From an uncultured Spirochaetota bacterium (GTDB lineage Bacteria > Spirochaetota > Brevinematia > Brevinematales > JAOACQ01), in the NCBI GenBank assembly GCA_963768055.1, contig CAVYGN010000001.1, positions 1,408,001 to 1,472,000 on the forward strand: DNA of 64,000 bases, given 5' to 3'. The notes beneath the pieces were generated by a model, which saw nothing but the letters and a program-made list of their open reading frames with translations, did no database searches and was not told where the DNA came from. The position numbers and the translations under genes were made by a program. Positions 48,842 through 57,976 of the stretch are shown here, one piece after another; position 1 is the first letter of the stretch, and each line of letters begins with the position of its first letter.

Positions 48842-50329
48842 TCAAAAACTGTAATCGAATTTCATATAAAGCATGTTATAATCAGCCAGCTGCCCCAGGC
48901 TTGTATCGCCCGGGCCGCTGATACCGTATACACCTGCTTCCACCGTGAGATCCGATACAGGGCTGTAGGATATCGAGACAAGGCCGAGTATGCCGCTGTT
49001 GTCTTTTACATATAAAAAGAAATCGGCGGAATTGACTGCATCTGCCAGGTCGTTAATATCGGCGAAACCTGTAAGGGCAATTTTAATTTTATCATTCAGG
49101 AATTTTTTCTCTAATCTCAGCATGAAATAATCCTGGAGCCTCTCAGGGCCTGTATTCCCCCTTTCGTTAAAGAATCCATGATTATACTGGAAGTTTATAT
49201 AAAACCCGCTTCCAAGATCTTTATCTAGCCCTATTGTGTACTTGACATAAGCTTCGTTTGAAATCGATACGCTCTGTTCCGAATAATTCGTGCTTCCGAC
49301 ATAGGTGCCCATAAAGTAATTTTCACTGGAAACCCCGGTCGTTGTTTTCTGTTCGCCTGGAAAAGTCACCGCCATTTCACCCCAAAAAAGAAATATTGAG
49401 GCGTCCTTTGAAAAATCGAATCCTACTTCCTGCTCCCTGTAATATGAAAGAGTGTAGGCCCTCGATTCAATTGTTACATTTGTAGAGGCTCCAAAATTCT
49501 CAAGATCAGTCCTCATGTTTACATTTACATTATTTACAATTGGTAAATCGTTTATCCTCGATACATAATTGACTGAGGTATCGAAACCCAGGACCGTTCC
49601 AGCCAGTTTTATGCCGATGGTCGAATTTGAAAGATCGGGTGCAGGCGTTTGCACTGCACCGGATGTCCAGTCGGTGGAAGAATCTGAGAAAGCGCTCACT
49701 CCCGTGCTTATATTGGAGACAAGGTTTGAATAAAGCGTGTTCTCAAGGTCTTGCTCCATTAAGGAATTTAACCTGGCCACTGACGAATAGGGTTCGAATA
49801 CAGCCTGAATGCTCGATTCAAGAACCGAAAAATGGTAAACAAGGTTTACAGCCATTACGGGTATTTTCCTGCCGAAGTCAAAGGGGTCTGAAAAGTCATT
49901 CGGGTCCAGTATATCCGTTGGATTTAACTTGTCGGCAGTGCCCCAGGTTATCCGCTCCTTTCCGGCTGAAAGATCCAGTTTCTGGAAAATAAAATCCTGG
50001 TATGTAAAATAGGCCTCGTCTATCGAGATTTCCAGAGGCTGTAGGGAATAAATTTCGCCGAGTTCATTTAAATTCAGTGTGGAATTAAAAGATGTATCTC
50101 CGATAGGATTATCATAATACCTGAATCTTAATTTTGCCATGCCGTAAAAATTGTCGTCGACCTGCTGTTCGAATTTAATACTGCCGTTTATCTCGTTAAA
50201 AAGATAATCTCCGTTTGAAAGGGAAATCCTGGTTTCGGCGCTGAAGTTTTCACTCACATCCAGCGCCATAACTCCCGATAAACAGGGTATGGAGATAAGC
50301 GCTGCGGTTATAAAAATATTTATTTTCAT
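48842..50329 (-). CDS. Outer membrane beta-barrel (DUF1302-like)
   Basis: Signal peptide, DEAY, GKERITWG.AD..NPTD..P.D, LGQL....MLYMKFDYSF. Confidence 0.78.
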   Translation of the reverse strand: MKINIFITAALISIPCLSGVMALDVSENFSAETRISLSNGDYLFNEINGSIKFEQQVDDNFYGMAKLRFRYYDNPIGDTSFNSTLNLNELGEIYSLQPLEISIDEAYFTYQDFIFQKLDLSAGKERITWGTADKLNPTDILDPNDFSDPFDFGRKIPVMAVNLVYHFSVLESSIQAVFEPYSSVARLNSLMEQDLENTLYSNLVSNISTGVSAFSDSSTDWTSGAVQTPAPDLSNSTIGIKLAGTVLGFDTSVNYVSRINDLPIVNNVNVNMRTDLENFGASTNVTIESRAYTLSYYREQEVGFDFSKDASIFLFWGEMAVTFPGEQKTTTGVSSENYFMGTYVGSTNYSEQSVSISNEAYVKYTIGLDKDLGSGFYINFQYNHGFFNERGNTGPERLQDYFMLRLEKKFLNDKIKIALTGFADINDLADAVNSADFFLYVKDNSGILGLVSISYSPVSDLTVEAGVYGISGPGDTSLGQLADYNMLYMKFDYSF

Positions 50330-50339
50330 ATCGATACCC

Positions 50340-51089
50340 CTACTTTTCTTTTTTCTTTAAAAATCTTTTTGTAAAGATCCCATGTTGTTCAAGGTCCTGG
50401 TCAAATTTCACATCCGAGAGGAACATTTCTGTATAATGGCCTTTTATGACATCTTCCATCCTTATGTTTACAGGAACCGTATATTGAGAACCCTTAGTCA
50501 CTTCCGATATCGTAAGTATCTTAATAAGAGTTCCCTGGCTGTAAAGCTCCATCCTCGAAGGGACATAATTACTTTTATCGACGGTCATTTTTATTGAATC
50601 GTAACTCCTGTCCGAACCCTGCTTTCTTCTCAAATCAAGGATGTAAGATTGTCCATCCTCATTTGCAATCACGGCAGAATAATCCTTTTGATATTCATAG
50701 CCTGCCAGTTCGTCATAAGAGAAATCGGTTCCCTGAAAATTTTCACTTTTTGATCCGCTTTCTATTCTCCTGATCTTGTTCATTCCGGGAAGATAAAGGT
50801 TCATCTCATCTCCGCTTTCGACAAGAAGCCCTATTCCCTCTATCCCGGCCGGTTCGATGAATTTTATAAGCCGTTTTTCCCTGCCCGATGAATACATCCT
50901 TAGAACCCTTTTCTCCGATCCGCTTCCGTCCTTATTGGCAAGGACCATTACGCATTTCGACTCCATGTCCTTCGGTGCTGTGAGAGTCTGCTCGACTTTC
51001 GCAAGAATATCATCCCCATCGGTTGAATACAGGAACTCAAGAGTTGTCATAAACAGCATTGAAAATGTTATCACAAATATTATCCGCAT
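50340..51089 (-). CDS. Outer membrane lipoprotein-sorting (LolA-like) protein
   Basis: F.EPA...G.GLL, LYLP...IRRI, FQGTDFSYDEL, FTKRFL. Confidence 0.85.
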   Translation of the reverse strand: MRIIFVITFSMLFMTTLEFLYSTDGDDILAKVEQTLTAPKDMESKCVMVLANKDGSGSEKRVLRMYSSGREKRLIKFIEPAGIEGIGLLVESGDEMNLYLPGMNKIRRIESGSKSENFQGTDFSYDELAGYEYQKDYSAVIANEDGQSYILDLRRKQGSDRSYDSIKMTVDKSNYVPSRMELYSQGTLIKILTISEVTKGSQYTVPVNIRMEDVIKGHYTEMFLSDVKFDQDLEQHGIFTKRFLKKKEK

Positions 51090-51108
51090 ATGCCGCCTCC
51101 TTTTTTAT

Positions 51109-53952
51109 TTATTTTTTCTTAAGGGAATGGTTTTTAGAAGCGCCCTGGAGCGATAAAACTGCAGGTAAAAGAACAAGCGACGCGGTACAGCTTGTAAACA
51201 TTGTCATTGCCAGAAGAAAACCAAGGTTGCGCAGAGCGGTAATGCTTGAAAAGCTGAGAACTGCAAAGCCAAGGCCGACTGATAAGGCATTGAAGATTAT
51301 AGCCTTCCCTGCCGTAGCAAAGGTGATCTTCAGGGCTGTCAGCCTGTCGCCGGGATTTTTATCTGTCTCGATCGAATATCGCGCTATGAAATGAAGCGTA
51401 TAATCAATGCCGATTATCGATATGCTCCCGATGGACACGGTAACGATATCCAGAGGTATTTTGAAAATTGCCATAAGGGCGAAATTTATAATAAGAGTAA
51501 AAGGCATCGCAATCATTGAAAGCAGGCCCTGTTTAACGGAACGGAACACATAAATGTTAAACAAAAAAACGACAATTAGTGTCACCGCAAGGCTGAAAAC
51601 CTGGTCCCTTATTATTTCACGCCTGAGGAGTTCCCCGACATACGCGTATCCGGTCTGCCCGATTTCATGAACTTCAGCTTCGGATACTATATCTTTCCTG
51701 ACGGGATTGACTGACGGGATAGTTTCCCAGGCTAAAGGCGAAATCGCGTATTTTAAATTTTCATCCAAAATTGAAGACGCCTTTACAGGCGGAATTGTTT
51801 TTTTAATAAGTCCTGCCAGATAGTCGATCCTTGATTGCCTGAAGTTTTCACTGATGATCCTGGAAATGCTTTTTGAAAAATCACTGATATCGGCGGCATT
51901 GGTCACAGATTTCCGGGGAAGGGACCTTGAAAGGCTTTTTATTATTTCATCCCTGTTAAAATCTTTAAGGGCTGCCAGGCTATTAACCACTCTTGCCGCT
52001 TCCGCAGGGTCAAGAGATATTTCCGATTCATCCCCGGTAATATATCGCAGCAGGCTCTCCCTGTTTATCGATGGAGAAAATTTCCGGTTTGAAATACAGA
52101 GCATTAAGGCCATTTTATCAAGATCTTCATTGCTGTAATCCAACCCGTTATCATAAAACAGGTTTCCTAAAAATATTTTTTCGATTCCCGGAAGTTCAGG
52201 GTTGTCCGGCCTGTTAACGACAGTGGCGATTTTACTGCTGAAATTCGTCAGATATGTCCCGAGAAAAGATTCCAGGCCGTTAATAAGCGACGGGTCGGTT
52301 GTTTTCAGCATAAGAGTTATCAAAGACTCCTTTTTGTCCCGGGTCATCAGGCAATCAACTTCATTTCTGCCTTCTAAAAAAAATAACAGATTCTGCACTT
52401 CCTCTCTCGTATCCGGAATAGTCCTCAGCCCTGATAACGCCCCTTCAAGTGAAACCACCATATCGGCAATTCCGCCGGCTCCGGTATGAGTGTAAAACTT
52501 CATTCGTTCCTCTGTAATAAGGAGCATTTTCTCCACACCCGGGTCTATTATATCAGCCTTGATGTAAATATTGTATGGGAAATAGCCGCCGAATTTTTTT
52601 ATCGTAAAGTCAGCAACAACTCTCGGTTCGCTGGACTTGTCGAAATATCCGAGGTAATCCACCCTTGATTCTATTTTAGTTGAATAATATACCCCGACAG
52701 CGATTATTAAGCCGAAAATAAAGATTATCAGATAGTTGCTTTTTAATGCCAGTCCGGAAAACAAATCTGCAACAGGCCCTACTTTAACACATTCCTCCGG
52801 GGCTTTTTTCATCCTGAAGCTTTTTTTAATTTTTACTTTGTATAGATATGACGGTATGAATATCAGGGATATGAATGTCGCAAAAAATATGCCGATCCCT
52901 GTGAAAATTCCAAAATCACTAACTAATTGTATCTGCGCCGGTCCGAGGGATAAAAACCCGAAAAAGGCCGTAAGGCCCGATATAATAACAGGAAGACTTA
53001 TTTCAGTCATTACCTGCCTGATGATATCTTTTCTTTCAGTAAAAAGAACAGCCTTTTCATAATATCTGTTAAGTACATGTATACCGTAAGCGTTCCCGCA
53101 GGCCACAAGGACAACAGGAATAGTTACACTCATGACATTCAGTGCAATGTGAAATAAACCCATAAGTCCGGTTGTCATAAGAGTTGCGAAAACTACTGAA
53201 ACCAGGGGCAGGAATATGCCCCTGGCTGTCCTGAAAGAAAAAAATAAAACTGAGAAAACGGTTATCAATACAAGCGGGATAAGCAGAATAAAATCCCTGG
53301 AGACCAATACCGAAATAGAATTCAGGAATGATGGAAGGCCTCCGTAATATACCGTAAGATTTTTACCCCTGACAATTTTATCAATATTTTCCCTCACATT
53401 TGCCGCTACAATATCGCTTCTTTGACCGGTTCCCGGTTTTACTATTATCATAGCAGTGCTTGAATCCGCCGATACTATTTTACCCCTGTAATTTTCTTTT
53501 GCCATTACATATTTTTTGAGTTTTTTGTAATATTCCCTGTCCGGAGGAAGAGGGTATTTAAGAAGCCCTGATATTTTTATTCCATCAGAGGAAGAGGATA
53601 CATCATCGATATTGGCAATTGACAAAACCATATCGACGCCTGTCACTCTGGCTGCAGAGTCTGAAGTATTTTTTATAAACGAAAGATTATCATGAGTAAA
53701 TATGTCATCGAATTTAAGAAGGATGAGGATCGGCGTACTGCTGCCGAATTTACCGGCAATATAATGAGGGAGTCTGCCTATACTGCTTTTTTCAGAAACC
53801 CAATCCGTCAAATCATTATCAAAATAAAGATTTTTAATGAAAATAGAAAAAAACAGTGTGACAGCAATTGATATGAAAATAAGAAAGTAACTCTTGCCGG
53901 TATTTAATTTTGTTAAAATTTTTATTAAATTCTGGAACATAAGCAATTCCAT
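51109..53952 (-). CDS. MMPL/RND-family transporter
   Basis: Two transmembrane repeats with periplasmic domains; GNAYGIH and GIDYTLH motifs. Confidence 0.9.
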   Translation of the reverse strand: MELLMFQNLIKILTKLNTGKSYFLIFISIAVTLFFSIFIKNLYFDNDLTDWVSEKSSIGRLPHYIAGKFGSSTPILILLKFDDIFTHDNLSFIKNTSDSAARVTGVDMVLSIANIDDVSSSSDGIKISGLLKYPLPPDREYYKKLKKYVMAKENYRGKIVSADSSTAMIIVKPGTGQRSDIVAANVRENIDKIVRGKNLTVYYGGLPSFLNSISVLVSRDFILLIPLVLITVFSVLFFSFRTARGIFLPLVSVVFATLMTTGLMGLFHIALNVMSVTIPVVLVACGNAYGIHVLNRYYEKAVLFTERKDIIRQVMTEISLPVIISGLTAFFGFLSLGPAQIQLVSDFGIFTGIGIFFATFISLIFIPSYLYKVKIKKSFRMKKAPEECVKVGPVADLFSGLALKSNYLIIFIFGLIIAVGVYYSTKIESRVDYLGYFDKSSEPRVVADFTIKKFGGYFPYNIYIKADIIDPGVEKMLLITEERMKFYTHTGAGGIADMVVSLEGALSGLRTIPDTREEVQNLLFFLEGRNEVDCLMTRDKKESLITLMLKTTDPSLINGLESFLGTYLTNFSSKIATVVNRPDNPELPGIEKIFLGNLFYDNGLDYSNEDLDKMALMLCISNRKFSPSINRESLLRYITGDESEISLDPAEAARVVNSLAALKDFNRDEIIKSLSRSLPRKSVTNAADISDFSKSISRIISENFRQSRIDYLAGLIKKTIPPVKASSILDENLKYAISPLAWETIPSVNPVRKDIVSEAEVHEIGQTGYAYVGELLRREIIRDQVFSLAVTLIVVFLFNIYVFRSVKQGLLSMIAMPFTLIINFALMAIFKIPLDIVTVSIGSISIIGIDYTLHFIARYSIETDKNPGDRLTALKITFATAGKAIIFNALSVGLGFAVLSFSSITALRNLGFLLAMTMFTSCTASLVLLPAVLSLQGASKNHSLKKK
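51130..51145 (-). repeat. MITE terminal repeat translated as the MMPL C-terminus (GASKN)
   Basis: GTTTTTAGAAGCGCCC, 15/16 match to the copy B end. Confidence 0.7.
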
Positions 53953-53961
53953 AAAAAAATA

Positions 53962-54032
53962 ATAATATTAACTAAACATTCATTTTAACTAACCGTTTAG
54001 TTAATATTATCACTAAATATTTCAAATGTCAA
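53962..54032 (-). promoter_or_regulatory. MMPL operon promoter with a perfect 16-bp inverted-repeat operator candidate
   Basis: TTGACA (54032-54027)-N17-TAATAT; ataatattaactaaac (53962-53977) / gtttagttaatattat (53995-54010); nested ttaactaa-ccgt-ttagttaa. Confidence 0.65.
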
Positions 54033-54135
54033 GAGGTAATAAAAAATAATTTTTATATTGGCGAAAATACTATATAAAAGTGTTGACAAAATTGTAAAAT
54101 AAGACAAAATATATTGAAGGTATTTGGGGGATATT

Positions 54136-54621
54136 ATGAAAATCGGTGAAATAATGTTAAAAATGGATTTAATTACGGAATCTCAGATGGAAGAGGCTAT
54201 AAAAGAACAGGAAGAAAACCGGGCTAAATCTAATTACCAGGAAACGATCGGCAATATTCTGCTTCGAAAGGGAATAATCCAGGAAAACCAGCTGGATAAA
54301 GCACTTGTGGCTTATTTCAAGTATCTCATAAATGATAACGAACAGCCTTCATTTGTTCGGGAGATAGCAAAGGTCGCCATGAGATCCCTGGAAAGAAAAT
54401 CGAACGACAGCAGGCTGTCGGAAGAAGCGAAGCTGACCATCCTGAAAAAAATCCATGAACATGAAGAGAAAATAGCCTACCTTGAAAAATCCATAAGAAA
54501 TTTAAGCGGTCTGGAACAGAAAAAAATAGTTACAGAAACGATGGAAAGGGAAGATAAGGAAATCAAGCAAATGATAGAAAAGGTTGAAATATTGAAAAAG
54601 GACCTGGAATGTTTTTCATGA
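54136..54621 (+). CDS. MshEN-like (putative c-di-GMP-binding) domain + coiled coil
   Basis: KIGEIMLKMDLITESQMEEAIKEQ ... IGNILLRKGIIQENQLDKAL tandem motif. Confidence 0.65.
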   Translation: MKIGEIMLKMDLITESQMEEAIKEQEENRAKSNYQETIGNILLRKGIIQENQLDKALVAYFKYLINDNEQPSFVREIAKVAMRSLERKSNDSRLSEEAKLTILKKIHEHEEKIAYLEKSIRNLSGLEQKKIVTETMEREDKEIKQMIEKVEILKKDLECFS

Positions 54622-55196
54622 GGATGCCGGATAAAATTTTTATTGCATCGATCCTTTTTATTCTGGTATATGAATCGGTTTTTTCACTTAAAAAAGATTT
54701 TTCCTTTCTCGGCCTTAAGCTCGGAATGACTGAGTCAGAGGTTACCAATGTTCTTTACCAGGGCTCTCTTCTGAAAATCGACGAATCGCGTTTTTTCGGT
54801 AAAATAAATGAGGCTGTCCCTTTTATAATAAAGGCTGATTATTACCCTTTCATAGACGGTGTTTACATTCAGTTTTATAACAATGCCGCTTACGGAATAA
54901 CTATTCAATTCGATCCCGGTTATTTTGATTTTCCTTCTCTTTCGGATAAACTGCAGGATAAGTACGGCCTGCCTGTCCTGAAAACCTCAAAACTTGCGGT
55001 CTGGGAGGACAGCGCCTCAAACTCCGCCGGATCGGGAACAGGGATAAAACTAAGGCTTGAATACCCTTCGACTGTCAAAGTTTTCGACTATGATATAATG
55101 CAGAAGGTTAACACGGAACTCTCCCAGAGCACTATAAAGATCACCAATGAATCGATTATACAATCCAACCGCCGGGCCCTGCTGGACGATCTGTAA
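54618..55196 (+). CDS. Exported hypothetical protein
   Basis: Signal peptide; ATGA coupling to the upstream gene. Confidence 0.7.
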   Translation: MRMPDKIFIASILFILVYESVFSLKKDFSFLGLKLGMTESEVTNVLYQGSLLKIDESRFFGKINEAVPFIIKADYYPFIDGVYIQFYNNAAYGITIQFDPGYFDFPSLSDKLQDKYGLPVLKTSKLAVWEDSASNSAGSGTGIKLRLEYPSTVKVFDYDIMQKVNTELSQSTIKITNESIIQSNRRALLDDL

Positions 55197-55204
55197 TCGT
55201 ATCC

Positions 55205-55852
55205 TTACTTGAATATATCCCCTGTATCCCTGTACATAAGCACGAAATCAAGGTAATCCATCGGAATGCCTATTTCCCTGGAAAATTCATTCATTTTACT
55301 TTCAATTTCAAGGTAATTTTTCCTGGTCAGGTTTTTCTCCATTTTTTCCAGTACGCCGAAGGAGCAGAGGTTTCGTATGATATGCCTGTCAAGTATAGCG
55401 GCATCGGTAAAATAACCCGTGTTCCTGACAAAATGGCTGGCTTCTTTATATCCAAGTCCCATAATATTTTCAGACAGCCAGTCCCTTAACTCGATGCTGC
55501 CTGAAAAAGAAACAAGCTTGGTTTTAATTAAGGGTTTTCCCTTGCCGTAGAACATTTCTCTCGCATTACAGATATATTGGGCCTTATGGTTTTTAAACCT
55601 GACGATATTCAGCCTCTCGGACAACTGCAGGGCGTCTCCCTTATAAAGGAGCCGTTCTTTTTTTAAGATAGCCAGCGCCTTTTCCGCCTGTCTTGCCTTA
55701 GACTGAGGGGTTAAAATACAGAAAACAAGCTCTTCGAATATTTCGTCGTCGCTCCCGCCGGTTTTCAAGCGCGAAAACTCATGGAGCCTTTCCCCCACCC
55801 TCTCTTTTATTTCAAGGTAAATCGAACGTAATTCCTGCCGGCCGTTTTTCAT
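55205..55852 (-). CDS. ogg: 8-oxoguanine N-glycosylase/DNA lyase (OGG2, archaeal/Thermotoga type)
   Basis: ELVFCILTPQS, RFKNHKA, GLGYKEASHFVRNTG, AILDRH, C-terminal K. Confidence 0.92.
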   Translation of the reverse strand: MKNGRQELRSIYLEIKERVGERLHEFSRLKTGGSDDEIFEELVFCILTPQSKARQAEKALAILKKERLLYKGDALQLSERLNIVRFKNHKAQYICNAREMFYGKGKPLIKTKLVSFSGSIELRDWLSENIMGLGYKEASHFVRNTGYFTDAAILDRHIIRNLCSFGVLEKMEKNLTRKNYLEIESKMNEFSREIGIPMDYLDFVLMYRDTGDIFK

Positions 55853-55853
55853 T

Positions 55854-56537
55854 CTATTTACCGAAACAGATCGATAAAATGACTATAATGACAAGCCCCG
55901 GCAGAAGGTTTGTGGTTTTAATTTTTTTAATGTTCAAAAGATTGAAGCCGATACCCAGGATCAATAACCCGCCCATTGCGACTATTTGATTTATTATATA
56001 AGGATGAAATAGACCCCCTGTCAGCTTCGCAAGGTAGGTAAGAATACCCTGGTATAAAAGAAGCGCGAATGCCGAAAAAAAGACCCCGCCCCCGAAAGCC
56101 GCTCCAAGCGCTATCGCCGCAAATCCGTCAAGCATAGATTTTGCAAATAAAAGCGTATGATCGCCATAGAGACCCTCCTGAAGGGACCCCAAAATCGTCA
56201 TTGAACCGATGCAGAATATCAGGAATGAACCGATAAGGCCTTCTGTAAACCTGTTATTAGAGGATTTCAACCGTTTTTTCAAGCGATCGCCGAGGCTGTC
56301 AAGCCACTCCTGGAAGTGCATCAATTCTCCGAAGATCCCGCCGATAATCAGACTGAATATAAGGATCAGTATATTTTCGAACTTCAGGATCATTGAAATG
56401 CCTATAGCAAGGGTGCAAAGCCCGAGGGCCTGGAAAATTATTTCTGTAATGGCGGCAGGAATTTTTTTCCTGAAAAATATTCCGACAAGACTGCCGGCCA
56501 TCACAGCCGCGGCATTGACGATAGTTCCAAGGAACAT
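55854..56537 (-). CDS. DUF554 membrane protein
   Basis: GTIVN, FCIGSMTILGSLQEG, KSMLDG, NLLP. Confidence 0.9.
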   Translation of the reverse strand: MFLGTIVNAAAVMAGSLVGIFFRKKIPAAITEIIFQALGLCTLAIGISMILKFENILILIFSLIIGGIFGELMHFQEWLDSLGDRLKKRLKSSNNRFTEGLIGSFLIFCIGSMTILGSLQEGLYGDHTLLFAKSMLDGFAAIALGAAFGGGVFFSAFALLLYQGILTYLAKLTGGLFHPYIINQIVAMGGLLILGIGFNLLNIKKIKTTNLLPGLVIIVILSICFGK

Positions 56538-56606
56538 TCAGCCTCCCTGCTTTCTTTACAACATTCATAATATTATATAAAATGACAGTCATTTTGAAAA
56601 GTTTTA

Positions 56607-56780
56607 GGGCGGTTTCGAAAATTAACATTATTATTAATAAAAGATTTTCTAATCATAATGAAACTGCCCTATGGGCACTACCTTGCCGCCTTGCCTGTAC
56701 CGGCTTGTCCGGTGCTCGTATCGGCTTGCCCGATGAAAAGGCGTTTATCCCGGCTTGTCCGGGGGTTTTTAGAAGTGCCC
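56607..56780 (-). mobile_element. MITE-like element copy B (174 bp)
   Basis: GGGCGGTTTCGAAAAT ... GTTTTTAGAAGTGCCC; interior shares tgccctatgg, cttgcctgta and tcggcttgcccgatgaaaag with the reverse complement of copy A. Confidence 0.85.
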
Positions 56781-56791
56781 TTTAGGGATTT

Positions 56792-57487
56792 ATGAAATAT
56801 CTTCTCAATATATTCGACCTTGACGGAACTCTTATTGACAGAGAAACTCTCGACGCCCTTAAAAATAAAATCCTGCTGTCGATCGTTACCGACAAGGGAC
56901 GCCGCAGCGCAGCTATGTCTTTGAAATCGGCAGGCATCGTAGATTATTTCAGCCATATCGTAACTGCGGATGATGTTCTTTCGTTGAAGCCGTCTTGCGA
57001 GCCTTATGAAAAGGTTATCGATTTATATAAACACGAGGGCATAAACCTCGATAAAAATGATTGTTTAATGATAGGGGACAATCCGGTAGACTGTGAATTC
57101 GCCTTCAATTGCGGAATAGATTACGCATTCCCCGCCTGGGGATCTCTCGATCCCGCCGCTCTGCCGCATAAACCCGTATATATTTTGAAAAAACCCTCCG
57201 ATCTTATCGATATCGACGGCCTTAATGAAATAATAGAAGTGGAATTGACCGAAGAGCTGGACCTTCATGCCTTTTCTCCGAAGGATTTGTCCCGCCTTGT
57301 GAATTCCTACCTTAAAGGAGCAAGGGAAAAGGGCTTCCGTTCTGTAAGGATCATACATGGCAAAGGGATCGGAGTGCAGAGGGAAATCGTGAGAAAAATA
57401 TTGTCGAAAAGCGGGGATATAAAAAATTTCTATGACGCCCCGGCCGATTACGGCGGCAGGGGGGCGACGATAGCTGAATTTAAATAG
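56792..57487 (+). CDS. Capless HAD hydrolase fused to an Smr endonuclease domain
   Basis: FDLDGTLID, KP, MIGDNPVD (HAD); LDLHAF, IIHGKGIG, GGRGAT (Smr). Confidence 0.82.
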   Translation: MKYLLNIFDLDGTLIDRETLDALKNKILLSIVTDKGRRSAAMSLKSAGIVDYFSHIVTADDVLSLKPSCEPYEKVIDLYKHEGINLDKNDCLMIGDNPVDCEFAFNCGIDYAFPAWGSLDPAALPHKPVYILKKPSDLIDIDGLNEIIEVELTEELDLHAFSPKDLSRLVNSYLKGAREKGFRSVRIIHGKGIGVQREIVRKILSKSGDIKNFYDAPADYGGRGATIAEFK

Positions 57488-57696
57488 GGCCGTTCAAACA
57501 ACATCCGGCTTTTATGGAGTCAATTTTTATCTCGCCGGATTCGAAAACTTGAACTGCATCGCTTCAAAACTGTTGCAAGCGCTGATGGAATTCTTTTTTT
57601 AATAAAGAAATTTTTTTATCAAATGAGATGATTACAATACATCGAGCAGCCTCGGATAAGTGCTTACTCCGGTTTTTCAGCGGCAGTTCTGAGAGG

Positions 57697-57790
57697 GACG
57701 AGAAATCTTCCTATGTGTTCGAAATGAAAGCAACTTGTCATTTCGAGTCGCGCAGCGACGAGAAATCCTCCCATAAGCTCGAAAAGACAA
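57697..57790. repeat. Degenerate REP-like palindromic units (GTCATTTCGAG...GAGAAATC...CTCGAAANGAC)
   Basis: ttgtcatttcgag (57735-57747) pairs with ctcgaaaagacaa (57778-57790); gacgagaaatc repeated at 57697 and 57757. Confidence 0.6.
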
Positions 57791-57976
57791 TGGTTCGAAC
57801 CGGAAAATTTTTAAGCAAAATAGATTTGACATCGGTTATTTCATACTATATACTATTTTATCGGTAATTTAATTAAATTATTATATCTTATTTAACAAAT
57901 CAGGGACTTATTTAAAAATTACAATCGATCGCATCGAACACATTAATATATATTATCTAGAGAGGGAGATTGAATT

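Noticed and set aside
56582..56785. 67-aa ORF (and antisense 56678-56956) as real genes
   Set aside because: They are largely translations of MITE copy B and the antisense of the HAD gene; no RBS.
57628..57867. 79-aa ORF
   Set aside because: Its repeated DEKSS comes from the REP-like units; no RBS or family motif.
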